64,000 bases of DNA from a virus. The DNA lies in the IMG/VR virus record IMGVR_UViG_3300012936_000001, positions 32,001 through 96,000 of that record, one strand, 5' to 3'. The notes below the pieces were generated by a model that saw only the letters and a list, made by a program, of their open reading frames with translations, did no database searches and was not told the origin of the DNA. A program made the translations under genes and the position numbers. Positions 30,685 to 40,026 of the stretch are shown here, in pieces. Position 1 is the stretch's first letter; the number at the start of each line of letters is the position of its first letter.

Positions 30685-31167
30685 ATGGCAAATTATTGGA
30701 GAGACTACGATAGAAGAAATGGAGCCGGCTCTACTCAAACCGCCCAACAATCAGGCCTACAGTGGCAAGGACCAGGTCTTAATTTCGCAGCAGAATATCA
30801 GGTTGCAGGAATTCCAGCCGTATATACTATAACAACTTCAACGGGCGCAAGCGATCCTATTGTTTTTCCAGGTGTTACACAATGGATCATGATATCTCAC
30901 AAAGGAACTAGTGACTCTTTTATTTCTTTCACTGCAAATGCTTATGATGGCGATAAAAAGTCTGATGAAAACACAACAAATGGAAATGCGCTATCTGCTT
31001 GGATGCTTCCACGATCCGCAACTATAGAATCAACAGGAAGAATTCCTATCAAGTGCACAAAATTGTATGTCGAAGTAGGATCTTCTTGTACAGTATCTAT
31101 TATCGCTGGAATCACAAATATACAAACCCATCACATGCCGGTCCTCACGGGATCAGGAGTAGGATAA
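30685..31167 (+). CDS. Putative head-associated structural protein
   Basis: Abuts the protease stop. Beta-rich, 160 aa, EYQVAGIP motif, ends LTGSGVG. Confidence 0.45.
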   Translation: MANYWRDYDRRNGAGSTQTAQQSGLQWQGPGLNFAAEYQVAGIPAVYTITTSTGASDPIVFPGVTQWIMISHKGTSDSFISFTANAYDGDKKSDENTTNGNALSAWMLPRSATIESTGRIPIKCTKLYVEVGSSCTVSIIAGITNIQTHHMPVLTGSGVG

Positions 31168-31170
31168 AAA

Positions 31171-31587
31171 ATGAAATTAAAACGTTCAGTTCTAAAACAG
31201 CTAATAAAAGAATGCCTAGTAGAGATTCTCATAGAGGGAATAGATTCCGAAGGACAAGAAGACCGTTTGGTTGAAGCAGCTGTCTCTTCTAGAAAACAGC
31301 AATTCAAAAAACCTCAAAACGACTATGTACCAGCATCATCTAAGAGTCAAAGAAAACCTATGATTAATGAACATGCTGTCTCTGCCATGGCCGGCGGTGA
31401 CAGCATTATGGCAGATATATTTCGTGACACCGCCTCAACGACCCTGCGAAATCAAGGCATGAAGAACGAAAACGCAAGAATACCTGCCGACAATGCCGCC
31501 GCTGTCGTTGCAGATCACGATCCAACAGAACTTTTCGAAGGTGCAGGAAACTGGGCAAAATTAGCATTTATGGGATCAGAAAAATAA
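31171..31587 (+). CDS. Hypothetical head-module protein with MKLKRSVLKQLIKE leader
   Basis: AGGA RBS. Leader resembles those of 20540 and 21385. Confidence 0.55.
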   Translation: MKLKRSVLKQLIKECLVEILIEGIDSEGQEDRLVEAAVSSRKQQFKKPQNDYVPASSKSQRKPMINEHAVSAMAGGDSIMADIFRDTASTTLRNQGMKNENARIPADNAAAVVADHDPTELFEGAGNWAKLAFMGSEK

Positions 31588-31650
31588 ATTGCAATAATAT
31601 ATTTCTGTCTCATAATTAGATTTATAGTCAAAAATTGTTAGGAGAAAACA

Positions 31651-31947
31651 ATGAGAAGAAAAAGATCCATGAGTGCAAAAGCATTCCGAAATTTTGTTAT
31701 TAGAGAAGCCAGAAAACTTCAAAAAGAAGCGGTATCTGGAAAGATCGAAGACGTTTCAAAAGTTAAGGCAAAAGAAGTTGATGCAGATGGATATGCTGAT
31801 ACGTTAGAGCAAGATATAGATTATATTAAAGCACTGAAAATCAAAGAAAATAAGATACGTAGACAGCATGCAAGAATGAAGCGCCAATTGAAAATGATCC
31901 AAGAAAGAAAAAGAAGATTGCGTGCTAGAGTTCTTAAGAACATATAA
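31651..31947 (+). CDS. Small basic coiled-coil protein (possible prohead core protein)
   Basis: AGGAG RBS, ATAATTA upstream, Arg/Lys-rich. Confidence 0.55.
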   Translation: MRRKRSMSAKAFRNFVIREARKLQKEAVSGKIEDVSKVKAKEVDADGYADTLEQDIDYIKALKIKENKIRRQHARMKRQLKMIQERKRRLRARVLKNI

Positions 31948-31958
31948 GGAGACTATAG

Positions 31959-32471
31959 ATGTCAAAAAATTTTAGCACAATAAATTACAGAGGTGAGCCG
32001 ACAGCAGCCGCTCTTGGCCCGGTAGGAGGTGTATCAACCTCTGGAACAGCGAGAGTAAAAGCTTGTTTTCCGCAAACGCCGGTAATTACAGACGAACAGT
32101 TGATTGATATTTTTAAAGCAAATGTTCTTCCTGTTGGAGAAACAAAAGGATTTATGTTTGACAGCGAAGTTTATCTAGATTATAATCATCCAGACGCTCC
32201 TGGTTTTACGCCAGATGCTGATAAAAATTTACAGGTAGGTGATGAAAATATAGGGTCACACTTTGTTCCTAATCCTACTTCTCCTGGTGAAGGTTCTATT
32301 AATGTAACTGATAAGCCTGCTGCCCCTGAAGGATTCGCAACACATTCTGAACAATTTGGTAATGGAGCCGGTTCAAAGATGGCACCTAATGAATTAGGCG
32401 CTGCTCTAAGAACACAGCGAGAAACTTTTGGAGAGGCTTTGGCAAAAGGTAGGGCAATTAGAGGTTCATGA
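31959..32471 (+). CDS. Hypothetical protein
   Basis: AAGGAG RBS, Pro/Gly-rich, 170 aa. Confidence 0.55.
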   Translation: MSKNFSTINYRGEPTAAALGPVGGVSTSGTARVKACFPQTPVITDEQLIDIFKANVLPVGETKGFMFDSEVYLDYNHPDAPGFTPDADKNLQVGDENIGSHFVPNPTSPGEGSINVTDKPAAPEGFATHSEQFGNGAGSKMAPNELGAALRTQRETFGEALAKGRAIRGS

Positions 32472-32941
32472 GTAGTAAATTTGCATCGGGCAATTTTCCA
32501 AAAGCTGATGGGAGAACTGGTCTTGGTTACGGCCAGCTTTCTCCCGTTCATCATTTACCATACCAGAAAGCAGGTACCTTTCCATACTCTGAAGATGAAT
32601 GGGAAGATGAGCTGGATGATGTAGAGATAGACGAAAAGACTATTTCGGCAGTACATCAAAAAACTGCAACACCAAGAGATTATGATCCCATGCCATACGG
32701 AAATCGTTTCTATAATATTTCAGGAAATAGAAAGATATACGAAATCAGATCTTTGTCGCCATACTATGATGGTTCACAAAGAGGTAAGATAAATCGCTAT
32801 GGAGATCAAAAAGGCTGGAATTATTTACCAGATATTTGGGATGAAGACTCTGAAGAGCCTATTTATTCTTTAGAGGACCTTTCCGATAAACAAGAAAACA
32901 ACTTAAGAGAATGGATTAATCTAATATTGAGGACACTATGA
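32468..32941 (+). CDS. Hypothetical acidic protein
   Basis: ATGA overlaps on both sides. Ends NLREWINLIL. Confidence 0.55.
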   Translation: MSSKFASGNFPKADGRTGLGYGQLSPVHHLPYQKAGTFPYSEDEWEDELDDVEIDEKTISAVHQKTATPRDYDPMPYGNRFYNISGNRKIYEIRSLSPYYDGSQRGKINRYGDQKGWNYLPDIWDEDSEEPIYSLEDLSDKQENNLREWINLILRTL

Positions 32942-33159
32942 GCAAACCATGCAACTTTGCCGTAAAAGCAAGACATGATTCTAGAAAAACTACTGCCGAA
33001 CAAAATTCTATACTAATAAAAAAATTTATGAGTAAATGGAAAAAATCAGGACTTCTTAAAGAGCTTAGGGATAGAGAATATCCTACTACAAGAGGTCAAA
33101 AAAGAAGACAGAAAAAAAATATCGGCATGAGACGCCATAAACATCGTCAAAGTTCGTGA
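32938..33159 (+). CDS. rpsU: Phage-encoded ribosomal protein bS21 homologue (divergent)
   Basis: 73 aa, basic. LIKKFMSKWKKSGLLKELRDREY...GQKRRQKK matches the bS21 pattern L++F++...GxLxE++.+EY...S..+++K. Confidence 0.75.
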   Translation: MSKPCNFAVKARHDSRKTTAEQNSILIKKFMSKWKKSGLLKELRDREYPTTRGQKRRQKKNIGMRRHKHRQSS

Positions 33160-33177
33160 AGATTTGTTTTCTATGGA

Positions 33178-33184
33178 ATACTTA
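33178..33184 (+). promoter_or_regulatory. Putative late promoter ATANTTA
   Basis: ATACTTA upstream of scaffold and MCP. Confidence 0.6.
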
Positions 33185-33211
33185 TGAATAAAATGTTAAT
33201 TGGAGAAATCA

Positions 33212-34915
33212 ATGTCTAATATCTTTGATGAAGCGATTGCAGACGCAAAAAAACTAAAAGAAATTGCGGAACAAAATGCAAAAAATAGGATTATAGAGGC
33301 TGTTACACCTAAAATAAAAAGGCTTATCGAAGCTGAAATTGCTGGTGAAGACATGGACCTGGAAGATGCAGAAGAAGATTCTGATGATTATGAAGAGTTC
33401 ACAGCCGGCGATACTGCCATGGATGTGGATTCCTCTTCTGGGCTGGATCTAAGTTATAACGAACCTGTGGAACCAGAAATGCCAGCAGATATGGGGTCAC
33501 CTATGATGACCGACGACATAGATCTGGATGATGGCCTTGGCCTAGAAATAGAAGACGATAAACCAGAAAAGAACGTTGTCATCAACGTCACGGTAGAAAG
33601 TGCCAGAAAATCTGCGTTGTCAAAATTGAGAAAAAGAAAAGCAGTAAAATTACTTGAAAGTCTAAGAAGTGCTAAAAATGCAAGCAAAAAAAGAAAAATG
33701 CTTTCTGAATTGGCAAAACTACAAAGAGAGTGCATATCTAGTAGTAGTACTGTTGACAAAAAATTAGCAAGAAAATTATCAACTTTATTAAAGGAGACAA
33801 ATATGTCTAGAAGAACACGAAAAAACTGGTTTTTATTCGAAGGCGAAGGTGAAGGCGAAGACGAGGACTTGGATCTCGGCGGAGACGAAGATCTTGACCT
33901 TGAAGATGAAGACGAAGAAGTGGACGTCGATGCTATTAAGTCAGCAATCGAAGAATTAGCTGATGCAGTCGGTCTTGAAGTAATGGACGAGGACGAGGAC
34001 GAAGACGAAGACGTAGAGGGTGAAGAAGAGGAAGAGGAAGAAGATCTTGACCTTGGAGAAGCCGATATGGATGATGTCGATATGGCAGAGGGAATATACG
34101 AAGCTGACATGGATGAAGACGAGGATCTCAAAGAAGACGATGATAAAGTCGTTGAGATTAACGAGTCTGCTCTTCGTAGAGACCTTATGAGAATGAAGCG
34201 CAATGCTCGTAACCGTCGTTCTCGACGACTTGCAGAATCACGTCGTTCAAGAAGCGCAAGCAGAAGACGCCGCAGACTTTTTGAAGCAGAAGCAGTAGAT
34301 GCTGCTAGCCATTTTGGCGGCGGATCTGCCGAACAAGAAATGTTCATTGATGTCGACGAAAACACTCTTATTAATGCTCTCGCAGAAGAACTTGGAGACG
34401 CACACGATCTTGACATGAACATAGACGGATCTGGAGATGCTTCCAAAGCAGCCGGCCATTTTGGCGGCGGAAAAGCTCAGGCTATTCGTGAAGCAAGACG
34501 AAGAAGAGCAATCGCTCGTCGTGCAAAAATTACAGAGTCTCGCGCAAAGCGTGCAGTACTGGCTGAACGCAAGAAAGCTGCAGCTGCAAAGCGTGAACTC
34601 AAAGAATCAAATCTTTTTAATGCAAAATTGTTGTATGTAAACAAATTGATGCAACAGCATGTTCTAAACAAAAAGCAACAGCGTGCGATTGTTGAGGCTC
34701 TTGATAATGCCAAGACGTTACGTGAAGCAAAACTACTTTTCGAAGGGCTTTCTGATTCTCTTTCGAAAGCAAAAAGAAAATCAGGCAACAGCCTAAATGA
34801 ATCCAGAGTTATTTCCGGAAGATCATCAACTGCAACTCGTAGCTCTGCTCCTGCAACTACTCAAATGAGTTCGGACCTTTCTAGATGGCAAAAACTCGCT
34901 GGAATCAAAAAGTAA
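33212..34915 (+). CDS. Prohead scaffold/core protein (T4 gp22-like)
   Basis: Directly upstream of the MCP. FDEAIADAKKLKEIAEQNAK N-terminus, long acidic tracts, ELKESNLFNAKLLYVNKL, C-terminal RWQKLAGIK. Confidence 0.8.
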   Translation: MSNIFDEAIADAKKLKEIAEQNAKNRIIEAVTPKIKRLIEAEIAGEDMDLEDAEEDSDDYEEFTAGDTAMDVDSSSGLDLSYNEPVEPEMPADMGSPMMTDDIDLDDGLGLEIEDDKPEKNVVINVTVESARKSALSKLRKRKAVKLLESLRSAKNASKKRKMLSELAKLQRECISSSSTVDKKLARKLSTLLKETNMSRRTRKNWFLFEGEGEGEDEDLDLGGDEDLDLEDEDEEVDVDAIKSAIEELADAVGLEVMDEDEDEDEDVEGEEEEEEEDLDLGEADMDDVDMAEGIYEADMDEDEDLKEDDDKVVEINESALRRDLMRMKRNARNRRSRRLAESRRSRSASRRRRRLFEAEAVDAASHFGGGSAEQEMFIDVDENTLINALAEELGDAHDLDMNIDGSGDASKAAGHFGGGKAQAIREARRRRAIARRAKITESRAKRAVLAERKKAAAAKRELKESNLFNAKLLYVNKLMQQHVLNKKQQRAIVEALDNAKTLREAKLLFEGLSDSLSKAKRKSGNSLNESRVISGRSSTATRSSAPATTQMSSDLSRWQKLAGIKK

Positions 34916-34961
34916 GTTCAGCCCAAGTTAAAAACAAACACAACTTTTATTGGAGACAAAA

Positions 34962-36920
34962 ATGTCATTTACATTGCAAAAGTTGACAGAGGGCATTCGT
35001 CAACGTCACATGGGTGCCCAACATCAACGACTTACAGAAAAATGGAACCGCACAGGTCTTCTTCGTGGTCTTAACGGACAAAACAAAGAAAACATGGCAG
35101 TTCTTCTCGAAAACCAAGCCGCTCAACTTTTGAGAGAGGCAAACACTCTTGGAGCTACTAGTGCTAGTGGAACTGGTCCCTCTGCTTCCGGAGACATTCG
35201 CGGATTCCAGAACGTTGCATTCCCAATCGTTCGCCGAGTATTTGGTGGATTGGTTGCAAACGATCTCGTATCTATTCAGCCCATGAGCCTTCCAGCTGGA
35301 TTGCTCTTCTATCTTGATTACACTTACGGTTCAAGCGTCGGTGGAGCAGATGGAACAGTTGACTCTACTGTTTATCAACAAGGTCAGTCAATCTACAACA
35401 ACCCTGCTGGAAAAGGAATTCAGTCTGGTTCTTTGGCTGTAGGTGGACAATACGATCTTGCTGGTGCAGGATTCTCACGAAAGCATACAGCTGCTGTTCT
35501 GGCCGAATCAAATACACTCGGAACAAACATTGTAACAGGTGTTTGGAGTCCTAGCGACGCATTCCAAAATGGAGCTAGCGTTTCTGATGCTTACATCTCT
35601 GCAGTTGGACAGTTTACTGGTTCTAACGCTCGATTGATGCAATATGATCCTCAGATTCGTACTGCTCTTGATAATAACGAGCTCGGCGCTGTTCTTTTTG
35701 CTATGATCCCTACATCTTTGATGACTGGATCTAATTCAGAACAAGCTGATCTTACCATGATCAAGGACATTGCACTTACTGCTGAAAAGGCCGGAGAAGC
35801 TACAAACGCTGCATTGCTTACTCAGTGGGGAGAAAAATATCAAGGTGGAAACAACGTCAAGAACCTCCGACGTCTCAACCAATTGGTTACGTGGGACGGC
35901 TCTGGTCTTCCTGTGCATGCTCCTCTTGCTGAATACAATACTTCAAATGCTTATGTATTGATGGTTGTAAAAGCGACAAAGGGCGCAATCCCTACTCTTG
36001 CAACTTTGGCTGCCGAGCAAATTGGTGATCTTTCTTTCCCAATTAAGCCTACCAGAACTTCTGGCGACAGCGGCGATTCAATCTTGGTTCCAACTTTTGA
36101 ATCTAACATGCTTGCTGGTGCTTCAAACGCTCCTGTTATTCCTGAAATCGACATTAAGATCGAATCTATCTCTGTTACCGCGGTAACTAGAAAGCTTCGT
36201 GCTCGTTGGTCTCCAGAACTTGCTCAGGACTTGAATGCATACCACTCTATGGATGCAGAAGTTGAGTTGACTCAGATTCTTTCTGAGCAAATTGCTCTTG
36301 AACTTGACCGTGAGATTCTTAACGACCTTCTTACTCAGGCAAATGGTGCTAACCTTTACTGGTCACGCGCTCCTGGTAAATTCGTCAACAAAGAAACCGG
36401 TTCTCAGATTGCTGTCTCAACTTCTGTGGCAAGTCCTTCTTTCACTGGTACAGTTCGTGAATGGTACGAAACTCTTACAGAGACCATCATCGACGCTGCT
36501 AACACTATTCACCGTAAGACTCTTCGTGGATCTGCTAACTTCATCGTGGTTGGACCTGATGTTGCTACAATCCTTGAAAGCTCTGTTCTTTACAAGCCTG
36601 TATACAGCCTTGACGGTGACGGGCAAGTTGGTAACCCAATGACTATTGGCGCCGAGAAAGTTGGTAACTTGAGCAATCGTTTCACAGTCTACAAGGATCC
36701 TTACTTCCCACGTAACAAGATCTTGATCGGTTACAAAGGTGGTTCTTATCTTGAAACTGGTTATGTATATGCTCCTTACGTGCCTCTTATTGTTACCCCT
36801 ACGATCTTTGCTCCTGAGGACTTCACTCCTCGTAAGGGTGTAATGACTCGTTACGGTAAGAAGATGGTTCGTTCTGACTTCTACGGAACTGTTACATGCT
36901 TGGATATGCACATCATCTAA
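34962..36920 (+). CDS. Major capsid protein (T4 gp23-like)
   Basis: LLENQA, FPIVRRVFGGLVANDLVSIQPMSLP, RKLRARWSPELAQDLNAYH, EIDREI-like ELDREI, YAPYVPL, PRKGVMTRYG. GGAG RBS before ATG 34962. Confidence 0.97.
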   Translation: MSFTLQKLTEGIRQRHMGAQHQRLTEKWNRTGLLRGLNGQNKENMAVLLENQAAQLLREANTLGATSASGTGPSASGDIRGFQNVAFPIVRRVFGGLVANDLVSIQPMSLPAGLLFYLDYTYGSSVGGADGTVDSTVYQQGQSIYNNPAGKGIQSGSLAVGGQYDLAGAGFSRKHTAAVLAESNTLGTNIVTGVWSPSDAFQNGASVSDAYISAVGQFTGSNARLMQYDPQIRTALDNNELGAVLFAMIPTSLMTGSNSEQADLTMIKDIALTAEKAGEATNAALLTQWGEKYQGGNNVKNLRRLNQLVTWDGSGLPVHAPLAEYNTSNAYVLMVVKATKGAIPTLATLAAEQIGDLSFPIKPTRTSGDSGDSILVPTFESNMLAGASNAPVIPEIDIKIESISVTAVTRKLRARWSPELAQDLNAYHSMDAEVELTQILSEQIALELDREILNDLLTQANGANLYWSRAPGKFVNKETGSQIAVSTSVASPSFTGTVREWYETLTETIIDAANTIHRKTLRGSANFIVVGPDVATILESSVLYKPVYSLDGDGQVGNPMTIGAEKVGNLSNRFTVYKDPYFPRNKILIGYKGGSYLETGYVYAPYVPLIVTPTIFAPEDFTPRKGVMTRYGKKMVRSDFYGTVTCLDMHII

Positions 36921-36942
36921 TGACGGTGTAATCTATTCATCT

Positions 36943-36968
36943 AAGGCGGCTTTATGGCCGCCTTTTTT
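36943..36968 (+). terminator. Rho-independent terminator after MCP
   Basis: AAGGCGGC-TTTATG-GCCGCCTT followed by a T run. Confidence 0.9.
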
Positions 36969-37010
36969 GTTTAACGGTATATTTATTAATGATATATGGG
37001 GGAAATCATT

Positions 37011-37706
37011 ATGTTTAATTTGTTATGGCCACTAGTGGCATTTTCTGGGGAACCAATTCAAGAGATAGAGGTTATCGCACATGAAGACATTGAGGTCTAT
37101 GTTGCGCCTACGATAGTAAAAAATGAATCTAAAAAAATAGAAGCTACGATCGGCAACTATTCTATATTCGGTTATACGTCTCAGTATAAAAATCTTGCAA
37201 AAGTAAAAGATGTGTATGGATGGACAACTATAGACTATTCAGACCAAAATGTCAATGTGATGAACGAAGATACAATAAAATATTATTGGGAAGATTGCGA
37301 CTATAAGAAAGAACCAAAAAATTGTTCCTATAAAAATTCTCATTATCTTCTCGAATCCTATATAACTGTGGATGAAAACCAAATAACACTAGAGATGTTT
37401 TTATATGATCCAGAATTACAAATAATATCTTCCTCTAGAGAAACATCCACAATAAAGATAAATTGGATAAAACAACAAGAAATGACCGTGCAAGATAACA
37501 CTATGGGATCGATCAACAGAGGGAATAATTGTACACAATCTTCTTGTCCTGTTCAATCTAATTCTGGAACTTACGTAAGGAATAGATCTGTTAGCAAGCC
37601 AAAAGAAGAACATCCGATAAGATGGGATATTCCTCCAATGTTATTAAACAAACATGTGCAACAGTGTACTATAAGACTATGGTCGTCTGTAAAATTTAAA
37701 TTGTAA
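37011..37706 (+). CDS. Hypothetical protein with short hydrophobic N-terminus
   Basis: MFNLLWPLVAFSG start after GGGGA. Own ATATTTA motif at 36979. Confidence 0.5.
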   Translation: MFNLLWPLVAFSGEPIQEIEVIAHEDIEVYVAPTIVKNESKKIEATIGNYSIFGYTSQYKNLAKVKDVYGWTTIDYSDQNVNVMNEDTIKYYWEDCDYKKEPKNCSYKNSHYLLESYITVDENQITLEMFLYDPELQIISSSRETSTIKINWIKQQEMTVQDNTMGSINRGNNCTQSSCPVQSNSGTYVRNRSVSKPKEEHPIRWDIPPMLLNKHVQQCTIRLWSSVKFKL

Positions 37707-37762
37707 CAACAACAACACAAGCATATTTATATGCAAGCAATACAATCCATAGGAGAAATTAA

Positions 37763-38038
37763 ATGCCAGTTAAGAAAACAGAACCTGCAAAATCTACAGC
37801 AGGGCTTGAAAAAAAAGTAGCAGAACTTGAAAAGAAGCTAGCAGAGCTAGTTGCAAAATTGGAACTGCATGAAAAAGAATCAAAAAAAGGACAAGAAGAG
37901 CTTCATGCCAAGTGTGACGAATGCTGTAAACCAAAGTCTTCAGGAACAGAAGACAAAGAATGTCGTGAAGCTGTAAAAGCTATCGCAAAATCTTTACTTA
38001 GTCCAAGAGCATCTGTTCCAGACGTTTCTGGCCTGTAA
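37763..38038 (+). CDS. Small coiled-coil protein with Cys cluster
   Basis: AGGAG RBS, LEKKVAELEKKLAEL heptads, KCDECCK. Confidence 0.6.
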   Translation: MPVKKTEPAKSTAGLEKKVAELEKKLAELVAKLELHEKESKKGQEELHAKCDECCKPKSSGTEDKECREAVKAIAKSLLSPRASVPDVSGL

Positions 38039-38092
38039 AATTTACATACCAAATTCAAATAAGTCAACAAAAAAATTAATTCATTGATGACA

Positions 38093-38129
38093 AAAAATTG
38101 GCTGTATCTTATTGGTATTGCCAATTTTT
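38093..38129 (+). terminator. Intergenic hairpin (possible terminator)
   Basis: AAAAATTGGC (38093-102) pairs with GCCAATTTTT (38120-129), with further inner pairing through G-U. Confidence 0.5.
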
Positions 38130-38166
38130 CATTTAGGGCGAAGAAGGAATCAGGCAAATTTGAAAG

Positions 38167-38173
38167 ATACTTA
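38167..38173 (+). promoter_or_regulatory. Putative late promoter ATANTTA
   Basis: ATACTTA upstream of the neck genes. Confidence 0.6.
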
Positions 38174-38196
38174 TATTTGGAACGCGGGAGAAAAGA

Positions 38197-39366
38197 ATGG
38201 CAACATTTTCGAATACATTAAATCCAACGCCATTTGGCGTATTTAATTCCGATACTCAGTTTATTGCTGAAGCTGATAACATGGTCACTTTCGTCAAAAG
38301 AAAACTGGGCGATGATATTCTTTCTGTAGAACTTACAAAAAAACAAATATGGGCATGCTTTGAAGAATCTGTATTCGAATATTCCAAATTTATTAACGAG
38401 TATCAAGCAAAATCACAGCTTGGAAATATGCTGGGGAATCCTACTGGCTCTAATGCAAATTCTGGACCTAAGGGCGCAGAAAACAAATTTCCAAAGGAAA
38501 CCCTTGAATTTCTTACAAGAAAAGCAGAACCATATTCTGCCCATGCTGGTCTTGGTGGTTCTTATAATACATATTCTGGATCTATTGATCTAAAAATAGG
38601 CCAACAAGATTACAATATCTATACTACACTTTCTAATTCTGCCGGCGGCGTTTTTGGAAACATGACAAACAAAGGGAAAATAAGAATATTTGAAGTATAT
38701 CATTTTTCACCCCAGGCCGCATATAGATTTTTTGATACGACTAGTGCGATAAACTACCTAAATAACGAATTCGCTTTCGAATCATTCACGCCAGAAACAG
38801 TTTTTTATGTTCTTCCAGTGTTCGAAGATGTGCTAAGAGCACAGCAAATGGATATCTCGAATAGAGTGAGAAGAAGCAATTATTCATATCAGATCATGGG
38901 ACAAAATATCAGAATATTTCCAAAACCATCTGTATCTGGATCCCTATGGATAAACTATGGGCTACCTATGGATCCGCTCACAGGGTCTTTTCAAGATGAT
39001 TCAATTCATGGAATTTCTGGTCTTAATAATATACCGTATGATAACTTAAGATATGAAACAATTAATTCAATGGGTCGACAGTGGATTAGACAGTATACTC
39101 TTGCTTTGTCAAAAGAAGTATTGGGATTAGTAAGAAGCAAATTCGGTTCAGTTCCGATACCCAATGGAGATCTTCAATTAAATGGATCTGATCTATTAAG
39201 TCAGGCACAGTCAGAAAAACAAGAATTAAAAACACAAATAAAAGAAATGTTAGAGTCCTTAACTTACGATAAGTTAATTGAAAGTCAGGCAACCGAAGCA
39301 GAAAATATGCAAAGACTGCTGAAAACAGTACCTATTCCGCTAGGAAAGGTAATAACCATAGGATAA
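38197..39366 (+). CDS. Neck/head-tail adaptor protein (T4 gp13-like)
   Basis: KRKLGDDILSVELT, WIRQYTLALSKEVLGLVRSKFGSVPIPNGDLQLNG. Confidence 0.85.
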   Translation: MATFSNTLNPTPFGVFNSDTQFIAEADNMVTFVKRKLGDDILSVELTKKQIWACFEESVFEYSKFINEYQAKSQLGNMLGNPTGSNANSGPKGAENKFPKETLEFLTRKAEPYSAHAGLGGSYNTYSGSIDLKIGQQDYNIYTTLSNSAGGVFGNMTNKGKIRIFEVYHFSPQAAYRFFDTTSAINYLNNEFAFESFTPETVFYVLPVFEDVLRAQQMDISNRVRRSNYSYQIMGQNIRIFPKPSVSGSLWINYGLPMDPLTGSFQDDSIHGISGLNNIPYDNLRYETINSMGRQWIRQYTLALSKEVLGLVRSKFGSVPIPNGDLQLNGSDLLSQAQSEKQELKTQIKEMLESLTYDKLIESQATEAENMQRLLKTVPIPLGKVITIG

Positions 39367-39370
39367 TACA

Positions 39371-40024
39371 ATGGCAAGACTTTTTATAACGACAAGAGAA
39401 ATAGACTTTATATCTGACCTAACAAAGGAAATTACCAAAGACGTAATAGGTCAATCAATATATTATTACAGAGTAAGAGAAGATATATCGGAGGTACACG
39501 AGGTATATGAAGAATCTCTTGAAAAAATATTTGATCCTCCAATAGAGATAGAAACTCGAGTGATGTGGAACCCACAGGACATCAAGACTGACCGGTTTGG
39601 TCTCGAGGCCACAAGCCAGATAGAGGTGTATGTTCACTATCGAGACATGATAGACAAAGGAATATCGCTGCTTGAAGGCGATTATTTTTCATTCGGAGCA
39701 GATTTCTTTGAAATAACATCGATAAAATACGATAAGATTATCTTTGGTCAGGTTGAGCACATTTCTGGTTATACTATTATGGGCAAACAGGCAAGATTGG
39801 GTCAAATTAATATTAAGAATCCGCTTGGACCTACAGAAGAAATATATACTGATGCAAATTCTGTACAAAGATCTTTTGAACAACAAAGGGGACAACCTAA
39901 AAACTCAATCGGTGAAACAAATGATAAACGCGCACTGATAGATAACGGAACATTAGATAATCCAATTTCTCAGCCTCAGAAAATAATTTCTGGTTCAATA
40001 AATTCATATTTTTATGGTGAATAA
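39371..40024 (+). CDS. Head closure/neck protein (T4 gp14-like)
   Basis: Follows the gp13-like gene. IGQSIYYY...VYEES..K.F.PPIEI...EGDYF pattern. Confidence 0.7.
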   Translation: MARLFITTREIDFISDLTKEITKDVIGQSIYYYRVREDISEVHEVYEESLEKIFDPPIEIETRVMWNPQDIKTDRFGLEATSQIEVYVHYRDMIDKGISLLEGDYFSFGADFFEITSIKYDKIIFGQVEHISGYTIMGKQARLGQINIKNPLGPTEEIYTDANSVQRSFEQQRGQPKNSIGETNDKRALIDNGTLDNPISQPQKIISGSINSYFYGE

Positions 40025-40026
40025 AG

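Noticed and set aside
33840-34145. GAAGAC/GACGAG-type tandem repeats
   Set aside because: Explained by poly-Asp/Glu coding in the scaffold, not an independent repeat element.
33454-34446. 330-aa minus-strand Ser-rich ORF
   Set aside because: It is the antisense shadow of the GAA/GAC-rich scaffold gene, with no independent expression signals.
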